From: Candidatus Oxydemutatoraceae bacterium
GTDB taxonomy: Bacteria; Pseudomonadota; Gammaproteobacteria; Poriferisulfidales; Oxydemutatoraceae
Direction: 5' to 3'
Assembly (NCBI GenBank): GCA_965220085.1
Contig: CBDCOZ010000003.1
Location: 352,001-416,000 of the forward strand
Length of the DNA stretch: 64,000 bases
Position 1 is the first letter of the stretch; each line of letters opens with the position of its first letter. Shown piece after piece: positions 30,807 through 39,364 of the stretch. The notes beneath the pieces are model-generated. The model saw nothing but the letters and a program-made list of their open reading frames with translations, did not search any database and had not been told where the DNA came from. Made by a program: the position numbers and the translations under genes.

Positions 30807-33641
30807 GGCCTGCCAGACAGGGCGCCGACAGAGGCCTTGCCAATCGCAGTATTGGCAGGCTGTTTTTTCATTGCCCCACGCCGGCAACGGTTTTCTGTCC
30901 ATGTAATCGGAATAGATTTCTTCCAGCCGCAGTCGCGCCTGTCGGCAGTAGTCCGCCAGTTCCTCGTCTTTTATCGGCTTTCGCTCGGGGTTTTTGCCGT
31001 CGTCTTTCAGGGCCAGATAAAGCGCCTGCTCGGTATCCTCTGTCAACAAGGCATAGCACGCCAGTTGCACATCTTCGCCGCTCAGAATCATCTTCGTTGC
31101 CGGCACATGGCCGGTCTTATAGTCGGCGATGGATTTTTTGCCGCCGCAATCCATCATCAGGTCTATCGTTCCCGTCAGCGTCAGCCTGTCCTTGATCGCT
31201 TTCGTCTTTTTGGTTTCGCATTCGACGGCGGCAATATCTTTTTCGGCGCTCAAGTTTACAAACCAATCGATGTAGATTGCGGCGAGCGTCCGCGCCTGAT
31301 CAAGCCAGTAGGTATTGGCATAATTCGTATCCGCCGCCGCGCGGAACTTTGCCTCGATGATCTCCTCCGCGACAGTCCGGATGCGGCCGGCATTCTCCGC
31401 GCTCCACCGCGCGCCGGTCTCGGACATATGCGCGTGTAATTCTTGCAGGCATTTGTGCATACGGGTGCCGAACTCTGCCTTGCTCCAGTATTCGCCCGGC
31501 GGCTGTTGCGCGCGCAACTTGAGGCAATATTGCACGAAGAAACGATACGGGCAATCTATCAAAGTCTGGTGTGCGCTCGCGCTGATTTGTTCCGGCCACC
31601 TGCTGCGGGGCGCGGCGGGCGCGGGCATCGTCGGCGCCCGCGGGGTTTTGCCGACACTCTTGTGCTCCGCCAGCGCATGACAGCGCCGGGCTCGTTGCGC
31701 GAGTTCGTCATCTGCCAGACTCTCGTTGTAGGCGAGTTGGTGAAAATCCATGATCGCCCGCAGCCACGGCGACGGCATCATCTGTTGGCTGTCGGATTGG
31801 CGCTGGCAAGTCAGCAACACTCGCGGCGCGCTCTCAAGCAACGCCAGAAACGACAGAAACTGCTCGGCGGTTTTCTGTTCTTGCGTCTCAAGCCCCAACT
31901 CGCAGCGGATTTTTTCGTTCATCAACGGAGTCTGCAAGGCCGGCCAGCGCTTGCCGTCCAGCGCCGCAAAGACCAGCGCATCCGCTCGCCACAGCCGCGC
32001 CTGCCGCGGCGTCATCAGGAGGATGCCGCGGGCGGACGGCGGCAGCACATAGTTGTCGTGTTCAAGGCTGTGCATCAGCCACCCGCGCCAGAAATAAAAG
32101 CCGCCCTCCAGGCGCTCTTCGGCGGCGGCGGTTTGCATATGCCCGAGCATATCGAGCAACTTTTTGCCGGCGGCATCAACGGCCAGGCGTTTGCGCATGC
32201 CGGTCTCTTCCATCGCTTCAAACAACGTCGAGAAATAATGCGTCAACGGCTGTTTGCTTTGGGTCGCGAGCGCTTGCAACTTGGCAAGAACTTCGATGAT
32301 GCGCTGTCCGACCTCCCGCGCATAAGTGATATCGTCATCCGGCAGCGCCCGCAGCAACTCCTCCGCCGTTTGCGGCAACTGCGGCAATTTGGCCAGACAT
32401 CTCTCCAGACTGCCGACCGCGCGCAGCCGTTGATTGGAGGTGATGTCAAACGAAAAGAAAGGCGAACGCATCAGAGTGATCAGCGCGGCGCTGTCAAACT
32501 GCCCCCTTTCGTCGGGCAGCAACTTATACAACGCCGCGGCGGCGCTGGTCGTCGACAGTTCCCATCCGGAGTAGTCTTGCAAGACGAGACCATAGCGGTC
32601 AAACGCCGCCAACATCCTGCGCGTCAGTTTGCGGTCAAGGCTGACGATGCCGATTTTTTCGCAACCTTGCTCCATCCAATCCTTTATCGCCAGATAAGCC
32701 CCCCACGCGTGTTGCTCAAAAGACGCCGGCTGAAACACCCGCAGGCGACCGGCGGCGGGGCTATCCGGCGTTGCTGCGGCAAACGCTTTGGCGCGCGTTT
32801 GCAGCGGCTCGGCTCGGTCGGCAAAAACCGCCTCAAAAAAGCGCGAGAAGTCGCCGCTCGCCGCGGGCGGTGTGATGTCCTCGCCGCAGATATTCATCGC
32901 CGTTTGGCGCGCCGGGTTGGGGTAACGCAACGGCTGTTTGGTATCTTGCAGCAGCAGCGTCAGGCGATTTTGCGCATACAACTTCCGCGCCCAGCGCGTC
33001 TGACACGGGGTCAGCTTGTCCGTCCCGCACAGATAGATATGCTCGTCTTCGGCGGTCAGCGCATCCTCGATGAACGCCATGCGCTCAAGCCGATGCGGGT
33101 CGTCGTCGCCGTCGCTGATCAAGTCTTTCCACACTTTCCACAGCGCCAGAAACATGTTGCTATCGTCGTTCCACACATCCTGCTTGAGGTTGCGCAAGTC
33201 CCGCTCCAGCATCGCGATGTCATACTCGCCGCTGTCGCTCAATTCGCTGATCTCATTGAACAGGCTCAGCAATGCATCGGTCGCTTGCCACGGGCTCTGG
33301 TTGGGAAACAGGTCGGGGTGTTCGGCCAGAGCGTGTGCGAACGCCAGTTGCTCGCGCCGCGCCGTGACTTCGGTTTTTGAACTTGCCAGACAGCGGTCGA
33401 CAAACAAGCCGCGCACGGTCGTAATCGTCGGCGGGATGACAGCGCCGTAGCCCCTTTGTTGTGCGCAGGCGAGTATTTCGGAGCGCAACACGACAAATTG
33501 CGCTTTGATTCGGCGCAGCGCATCGGGCAACAGGATGACCGCGCCGCTTAAGTCGGGCAGGCGCTCCTCAAAATCGGCGACGACCGTCTCGCCGCACTTG
33601 GCAATCAGATTATCCTCAAAGGGGATGGCGTAGCGGGCCAC
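30744..33641 (-). CDS. AddB-like helicase/nuclease subunit (PD-(D/E)XK)
   Basis: C-terminal CPYRFF...GTIDL...ADYKTG...QL..Y...CQYCDWQGLC Fe-S staple nuclease; 965 aa. Confidence 0.85.
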   Translation of the reverse strand: MARYAIPFEDNLIAKCGETVVADFEERLPDLSGAVILLPDALRRIKAQFVVLRSEILACAQQRGYGAVIPPTITTVRGLFVDRCLASSKTEVTARREQLAFAHALAEHPDLFPNQSPWQATDALLSLFNEISELSDSGEYDIAMLERDLRNLKQDVWNDDSNMFLALWKVWKDLISDGDDDPHRLERMAFIEDALTAEDEHIYLCGTDKLTPCQTRWARKLYAQNRLTLLLQDTKQPLRYPNPARQTAMNICGEDITPPAASGDFSRFFEAVFADRAEPLQTRAKAFAAATPDSPAAGRLRVFQPASFEQHAWGAYLAIKDWMEQGCEKIGIVSLDRKLTRRMLAAFDRYGLVLQDYSGWELSTTSAAAALYKLLPDERGQFDSAALITLMRSPFFSFDITSNQRLRAVGSLERCLAKLPQLPQTAEELLRALPDDDITYAREVGQRIIEVLAKLQALATQSKQPLTHYFSTLFEAMEETGMRKRLAVDAAGKKLLDMLGHMQTAAAEERLEGGFYFWRGWLMHSLEHDNYVLPPSARGILLMTPRQARLWRADALVFAALDGKRWPALQTPLMNEKIRCELGLETQEQKTAEQFLSFLALLESAPRVLLTCQRQSDSQQMMPSPWLRAIMDFHQLAYNESLADDELAQRARRCHALAEHKSVGKTPRAPTMPAPAAPRSRWPEQISASAHQTLIDCPYRFFVQYCLKLRAQQPPGEYWSKAEFGTRMHKCLQELHAHMSETGARWSAENAGRIRTVAEEIIEAKFRAAADTNYANTYWLDQARTLAAIYIDWFVNLSAEKDIAAVECETKKTKAIKDRLTLTGTIDLMMDCGGKKSIADYKTGHVPATKMILSGEDVQLACYALLTEDTEQALYLALKDDGKNPERKPIKDEELADYCRQARLRLEEIYSDYMDRKPLPAWGNEKTACQYCDWQGLCRRPVWQALDEQQDGLRQPPHGEDEQSG

Positions 33642-33647
33642 GGAGTG

Positions 33648-33971
33648 TCAGCGTTCCAGCAGTTTCAACTTGTCCGGTTTCCCTTTCCACGCATCGGCAT
33701 CGGGGGGAGCGTCTTTCTTGACTGTGATCACCGGCCACTGCAAAGACAAGTCCGCATTCAGTCGCAAGAAAGGTTTCTGTTCGTCCTTGAGGTCGTCTTC
33801 CGACAGGATGGCATCGATCGGGCATTCCGGTTCGCACAGCGAGCAGTCGATACACTCTTCGGGGTCGATCACCAAAAAGTTCGGCCCCTCGTGAAAGCAA
33901 TCGACCGGGCAGACCTCGACACAATCTGTGTATTTGCACTTGATGCAGTTTTCGGTAACGACAAAAGTCAT
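33648..33971 (-). CDS. fdxA: 7Fe ferredoxin
   Basis: [26 protein letters not shown]...[12 protein letters not shown]. Confidence 0.96.
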   Translation of the reverse strand: MTFVVTENCIKCKYTDCVEVCPVDCFHEGPNFLVIDPEECIDCSLCEPECPIDAILSEDDLKDEQKPFLRLNADLSLQWPVITVKKDAPPDADAWKGKPDKLKLLER

Positions 33972-34234
33972 GATTCATAAAGACGAACGCGCCTATTGTA
34001 TATAGAATGGCGCGCGCTTCCAACTGCCGGAGCGTATCGCGGGCTCTGTGCCCGGCCTTCTCGCTGCTCCTGCGGATATGGCGGGGGTGTGGCGTATGGC
34101 GCAAGGGAACGCCGATAGAAGGGGGAATATATGCTTGACTCCGCCTAGCCGACGAGGGGCATTGTTGCAAAAGGGCTTGTCTGCGGTAGAATAACCGCTG
34201 ACTTATTTTACATACTGCTATCAAGAACAATACT

Positions 34235-35749
34235 ATGAGTTATCGGATGCCTTCTCCCAGCCGTCGCGCAAGCGGCCTCTGGTTGTTTCTTCTGTTTGTG
34301 TTGTGCGGTCAAGCACAAGCACAGAACATTGCCGCTACCGGCGAACCCGGCGTCACAGCGGCCGACAACACCAACCTGACTACGATGGGCCCCAAAGAGG
34401 ACAGTGTGCTGACCGCAGTTCGAGGCAGCATTAACGATGACAATGACTTAACCACTTTCACGCCGACTTGGCAATGGAGCATAGCCGACACCAGTGACGG
34501 CGCCTACGCCGACATCAGCACGGCGACCGCCGCCACCTTCACGCCCTTGCAGGAGCATGTCGGCAAGTTCGTCCGCGCCTGTGCCACCTTCAACGATGAC
34601 GACAACAACCGCGAGACCCGTTGCTGGACCTCCGTCGCCGCCGTCGTCAATGTCAATGATGCCCCGGTTGCATCGAACAACACCATCTTTGTGCCAGTGG
34701 GCGGCACTTATACCTTCTCGGCGGGCGACTTCCCGTTCACCGATGAAGATGGCGATGCGCTGTCGCAGGTAATCTTCGGCACTGTTGGTGCGGGCAGCAC
34801 AACTCTATCGGGCAGCGATGTTAACCCAATTGGAAATGCATCAGATGGAGTTCTAGCGTCGGGTATTGTGGGATATGCACCCGCAACCGGTGCCACCACA
34901 GTCATGGCACCTTACACCACCTTTACCTTCAGCGTATCCGCAGGGGGCATAACGGGTGGCGACGCCAGTGCCAATGTCACCATGACCATAGACCTGGTGG
35001 CGGCCACGCAAGCGGCGGCAACCGGCGCGCCGACTGTGACAGCAGCATCGGGCAGCACAGCCTACAACGAGGATGTGGAACTGACCGCATCCGTCACCGG
35101 CGTCACCGATGCCAACGGCATAGTCACCCACACCCGCAACTGGCAATGGCAATCCGCCGCCGCTCAGGCCAGCACCTACACCGCCATCGCCGGGGCCGCC
35201 GCCGCCAAATTCACACCCGAGTCGGAACATGTCGGCCGATACATCCGCGTCTGTCTCAGTTTCACCGACGGCATAGGCACCAACGAGGGCCCGTTGTGCT
35301 CCGTCGGCACCGTCATCGCCGCTACCAATGATGCCCCTGCCAGTGGCGACAGTTCGGTGGATGTGCCGCTCACCGCCACCGCAGCCGATCCCTACGTCTT
35401 TCAGGCCTCCGACTTCCCGTTCATGGACGAGGAGGATGGTACCACCCTGCACGGCGTAGACATAATCAGCGCCGTCGCAACCGGCAAGGGCACGTTGCGC
35501 TATACAGACATGACCGGCACCCTGAGCGGTAGAGACCTCGAAGACGGCAACCTGACCGCGGCCAAACTATCAGGTCTCACCTATTATCCCCCGGCCACCG
35601 CCGTCGCTGGCCCCAACTTTGCCACTTTCACCTTCAGAGTGAGCGATGCCGACGGCGGCAGAAGCGAGAACCATACGATGACCATCAACCTGATATCTGT
35701 CGATATACGCTTGCGCCTGCGCCTCTTCCTGGAAGGCCCGCTACGATAG
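34235..35749 (+). CDS. Secreted cadherin/Ig-like surface protein 3 with IRLRLRLFLEGPLR tail
   Basis: Signal peptide (GQAQA-Q); two A-B module pairs (WQW...FTP...VGK..R.C..F.D and NDAP...F...DFPF.DED...FTF.VS...MTI.L). Confidence 0.87.
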   Translation: MSYRMPSPSRRASGLWLFLLFVLCGQAQAQNIAATGEPGVTAADNTNLTTMGPKEDSVLTAVRGSINDDNDLTTFTPTWQWSIADTSDGAYADISTATAATFTPLQEHVGKFVRACATFNDDDNNRETRCWTSVAAVVNVNDAPVASNNTIFVPVGGTYTFSAGDFPFTDEDGDALSQVIFGTVGAGSTTLSGSDVNPIGNASDGVLASGIVGYAPATGATTVMAPYTTFTFSVSAGGITGGDASANVTMTIDLVAATQAAATGAPTVTAASGSTAYNEDVELTASVTGVTDANGIVTHTRNWQWQSAAAQASTYTAIAGAAAAKFTPESEHVGRYIRVCLSFTDGIGTNEGPLCSVGTVIAATNDAPASGDSSVDVPLTATAADPYVFQASDFPFMDEEDGTTLHGVDIISAVATGKGTLRYTDMTGTLSGRDLEDGNLTAAKLSGLTYYPPATAVAGPNFATFTFRVSDADGGRSENHTMTINLISVDIRLRLRLFLEGPLR

Positions 35750-35934
35750 CGCAAGCAATCCTCTTGCGGGACTTGCACCGACGCTCCTTGGGGCTGCCTA
35801 GCGGTAGTTTGGCGATAGCTACCCTAAGAAGTCACAAACAATCTAAAAAGCCACAAACAATTAAGTATTGTTTGTGCTCTATAAACTGTTTGTGCTCCTA
35901 TTACGCGCTCTCTTTCAGTTTGTGCTCCATAACA

Positions 35935-36425
35935 TGCCTCTCGCACTATCCCGCAAGCTCCGGAGAAAAGGTGCGACTGGCGCAACCCCGAAGCTTTCTG
36001 GCCCATCGCTTGTGGCTCGGCTTTTGCGCCTCCCGCAAGGAGCGTGTCGCCAGCGCAACCCCGAAACCCTCCTATCGCACTATCCCGCAAGCGCCGGAGA
36101 GAAGGTGCGACTGATGCAACCCCGAAGTTCTCCGCCTATCGCCTGATGGCTCGGCCTTTGCGACTCCTGTGAGGGGAGTGTGTCGCCGGTGCAAGCATGA
36201 AACTTTCTGCCTATCGCCTGTGGCTCGGCCTTTGCGACTCCCGCGAGGGGAGTGTCGCCGGTGCAAGCATGAAACTTTCTGCCCATCGCCTGATGGCTCG
36301 GCTTTTGCGCCTCCTGCGAGAGGGGCGTGTCGCCAGCGCAACCCGAAACCCTCCGCCCATCGCCTGTGGCTTGGCCTTTGCGACTCCTGCGAGGAGGGCG
36401 TGTAGCCGGCGCAACCCCAAAACTT
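35935..36425. repeat. Composite hairpin-rich repeat block (REP/BIME-like, ~72-74 bp units) downstream of surface protein 3
   Basis: Recurring GGCTCGGCCTTTGCGACTCC..GGAGTG(TG)TCGC and TCGCACTATCCCGCAAGC.CCGGAGA.AAGGTGCGA; 36001-36280 resembles 37790-38075. Confidence 0.85.
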
Positions 36426-36462
36426 GCGTTTGGGGGATAGGTGTGTATAATGCGGGTTTTAT

Positions 36463-36612
36463 TGGAGATGGTCGCACCGTCGGCACAGCGTAACCCAACG
36501 GAATGGGATGTGTGCATGGTGTGGGCTTTGCCAGAGATGACTGGCACCATCGGCATAGTGGAACCCAACAGAATGGGATGTGTGTGTATGGTGCGGGCTT
36601 TGCCGGAGATGG
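36463..36612. repeat. Degenerate tandem repeat, ~2 x 70 bp, upstream of surface protein 4
   Basis: GAGATG..GCACC.TCGGCA..AACCCAAC.GAATGGGATGTGTG..ATGGTG.GGGCTTTGCC occurs twice. Confidence 0.75.
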
Positions 36613-36692
36613 CTGCGCTTGCTTGCAGGGCGTATGCGAATCGTTTATATCGTATGTTTGATGCAAGATACTTTTTAAGGAGGATTAAAATA

Positions 36693-37757
36693 ATGTTTAT
36701 AGCAAATTTTAACACTAAAAATACCCCCCCCCCCCCCTATGCAACATTAAGCAGGCGTAGCCTCTGGTCGCTTCTGTTGTTCGCTCTGTTTACCGTCTGC
36801 GGTCAAGCGCAAGCACAACAGAACGCCACTGGCGCACCGGCGGTCACGGCGGCGGACAGGGCCGCCCGGCGCCCGCAGCGCATCATCTTATGCTTATCCA
36901 ATTCCCCGGCATTTTTCGCCGCAACCCACAGCACCCCGCCCGCCGCAGGCCCCGGCCTCATGCGGACGATGATCCTCCGCGGCTTCTTGCCGCTGATCCT
37001 GCTCCCCCTCGTCATCGCCTGCGGCGAGCTGCAGGCGCAGGACAACGCCACCGGCATGCCCGCCGTCACCTACGCCAGCGGCATAACCGTTCCCACTGAG
37101 GGCTCCGCCATCACCGCAACCCAAGGCACCATAGAAGACCCGGACAATACGCCAACCACCGGCCTCGGTTCCATACAGTGGATATGGAGCCAGGCCGATA
37201 CCAATGGCGGCACCTACACTCCCGTTCACCTCGCAGCCACTTTCACCCCGTTGCAGGCCCATGTCGGCAAGTTTCTGCGGATCTGCGTGAGCTTTCGAGA
37301 CAACACCAACAATGACGAGGAGCGATGCCTGCAGATAGCCACCGCTGTGGCCGCTAATGATGCGCCCACCAGTGACGATGCCTTTGTGAATGCGCTGGCC
37401 ACCGCAACCGCAGACTCGCCATATGCATTCAAGATCGGCGATTTCCCATTCATGGACGAGGACACCGGCGCAGCTCTGACCAGCATAACCATAGTTGAGA
37501 CTATAGCATCCGGCACCGGCACACTCCGCGACGGCAGCACCGCAGTGGCCGATGGCACCACAGTGATGGCCGCCAATCTGAGTGGCCTCACATACTATCC
37601 CCCGGCCAACGCCACCCCCGCCGCCAACTTTGCCAGCTTCACTTTCACCGTCAGCGATGGCGCCGCAGACAGCGCAGATGACTACACCATGACCATCAAT
37701 CTGGTGGAGCATCTGCGCTTGCGGTTGCGCCTCTTTCTGGAAGGCCCGCTGCGATAG
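36693..37757 (+). CDS. Secreted cadherin/Ig-like surface protein 4 with LRLRLRLFLEGPLR tail
   Basis: AAGGAGGA RBS, ATG 36693, C14 tract at 36724-36737 in frame; two successive signal-peptide-like segments; one A-B module pair. Confidence 0.82.
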   Translation: MFIANFNTKNTPPPPYATLSRRSLWSLLLFALFTVCGQAQAQQNATGAPAVTAADRAARRPQRIILCLSNSPAFFAATHSTPPAAGPGLMRTMILRGFLPLILLPLVIACGELQAQDNATGMPAVTYASGITVPTEGSAITATQGTIEDPDNTPTTGLGSIQWIWSQADTNGGTYTPVHLAATFTPLQAHVGKFLRICVSFRDNTNNDEERCLQIATAVAANDAPTSDDAFVNALATATADSPYAFKIGDFPFMDEDTGAALTSITIVETIASGTGTLRDGSTAVADGTTVMAANLSGLTYYPPANATPAANFASFTFTVSDGAADSADDYTMTINLVEHLRLRLRLFLEGPLR

Positions 37758-37789
37758 CGCGAACCATCTCCTTGCGGGACTTGCGCTAC

Positions 37790-38290
37790 GCCCATCGCTT
37801 GTGGCTCGGCCTTTGCGCCTCCCGCAAGGAGGGCGTGTAGTTGGCGCAACCCCGAAACTCTCCTATCGCACTATCCCGCAAGCGCCGGAGAAAAGGTGCG
37901 ACTGATGCAACCCCGAAGTTCTCCGCCTATCGCCTGATGGCTCGGCCTTTGCGACTCCTGTGAGGGGAGTGTGTCGCCGGTGCAAGCATGAAACTTTCTG
38001 CCTATCGCCTGTGGCTCGGCCTTTGCGACTCCTGTGAGGGGAGTGTGTCGCCGGTGCAAGCATGAAACTTTCTGCCTATCGCCTGTGGCTCGGCCTTTGC
38101 GACTCCCGCGAGGGGAGTGTGTCGCCGGTGCAAGCATGAAACTTTCTGCCTATCGCCTGTGGCTCGGCCTTTGCGACTCCTGTGAGGGGAGTGTGTCGCT
38201 GGCGCAGGCACGAAGTTCGCCGCCTATCGTCTGCGGCTCGGTCTTTGCGACTCCTGCGAACGTGTCGCCGGCGCCGCCGCGAAACGTTCT
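37790..38290. repeat. Tandem array, ~5 x 74 bp, plus degenerate units, downstream of surface protein 4
   Basis: GGCTCGG at 37939, 38013, 38087, 38161, 38235; no unique spacers. Confidence 0.92.
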
Positions 38291-38411
38291 CACTCTATGC
38301 GGCGACAAGCATATAGCCGATAGGAGGCAATCTGTTTGACGGATACCTTGGGAAAGGTGAAAATAGCCGTCGGCGGGCACCCGTCTGCCAGATTGCAATG
38401 GGCGTGAGACT

Positions 38412-39035
38412 TTGAACAAGGGACAAATTTTTGTATTTTCCGGGCCGTCGGGCGCCGGCAAGACGAGCTTGTTGCGCAAGTTGCTGGCGAATATTGACCG
38501 GCTGAAGTTATCGACTTCATATACCACGCGTCCGTTGCGCAACGGCGAGAAGAACGGATGCGAGTATCACTTTGTCGATGAGGCGACCTTCGCGCAAATG
38601 ATCGGCGCCGATGATTTTTTGGAATACGCGCGTGTCTTTGATGCCATGTACGGAACCGCAAAGCGGACTGTCGCCGATATCATCGGCGGCGGGGACAGCG
38701 TCGTCTTGGAGTTGGATTGGCAGGGCGCGAAAGCGGTGCGGGAGTGTTTTGACGATGTCGTCTCGGTCTTTATTTTGCCGCCTTCAAAGGCGCATCTGCG
38801 GCGGCGGCTTGAGGAGCGCAAACGGGATTCAAGCGAGGTGATTAACAGCAGGATGAGTCGGGCGATGGACGAGATGGGGCACCACGATGAGTTTGATTAT
38901 GTCGTGGTCAATGACGATTTTGAGAAGACCCACGGTGCGCTGGAGACGATTGTGCGCGACGGCGCGCAAGACGATGCGTCCGTTGCGCACAGCCGCGAGG
39001 TTATCCGCAGTTTGGGTCTTGGGGGAGCGCGATGA
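38412..39035 (+). CDS. gmk: Guanylate kinase
   Basis: SGPSGAGKTS, STSYTTRPLR.GE, YGT, LDWQGA, FILPPS. Confidence 0.96.
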   Translation: MNKGQIFVFSGPSGAGKTSLLRKLLANIDRLKLSTSYTTRPLRNGEKNGCEYHFVDEATFAQMIGADDFLEYARVFDAMYGTAKRTVADIIGGGDSVVLELDWQGAKAVRECFDDVVSVFILPPSKAHLRRRLEERKRDSSEVINSRMSRAMDEMGHHDEFDYVVVNDDFEKTHGALETIVRDGAQDDASVAHSREVIRSLGLGGAR

Positions 39036-39364
39036 AGCCGGGTGAGTCGCCGATTAAGCTGACAGCGGCTGCGGCTGCGCAGATGAAGAAGTCGTCGGAG
39101 CTGAGCGAGTCGCAGGGGTGGCCGCTTCGTATCGCCGCGCGGCGCGATGAGTCGGAGACCTTTCAATATGCGATGGGCTTTGACGCGCAGAGCTACGAGG
39201 ACGACATCAGTTTCAAGAGCGAGGGGGTTGATCTTGTCATCCGCGCCGGGATGCTGACTTTGCTCAAGGGCATGGAGGTGGATTATGTGGAGATCGAAAA
39301 GGGGCGGCACAGTTTTATCTTCCTAAACCCGAACGATGCGTCGTATGTCGCGCCGCGTGAGTGA
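39032..39364 (+). CDS. HesB/IscA-fold protein lacking cysteines
   Basis: IKLTAAAA..., LRIA, Y.MGFD, L.G.EVDY, F.F.NPN; no Cys residues. Confidence 0.8.
   Translation: MKPGESPIKLTAAAAAQMKKSSELSESQGWPLRIAARRDESETFQYAMGFDAQSYEDDISFKSEGVDLVIRAGMLTLLKGMEVDYVEIEKGRHSFIFLNPNDASYVAPRE

Noticed and set aside
31443-33380. 645 aa plus-strand ORF and similar long ORFs (13558-14814, 20454-21761, 28325-29389, 60388-61374)
   Set aside because: Antisense shadows of well-supported genes in GC-rich DNA, with no recognisable motifs.
36441-36692. N-terminal extension of surface protein 4 in the ORF track
   Set aside because: It runs through non-coding repeats; the strong RBS and ATG at 36693 are the better start.
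37939-38290. Possible CRISPR array (also considered for 7618-7794 and 25784-26236)
   Set aside because: Units repeat along their full length with no unique spacers, and no cas genes are present.
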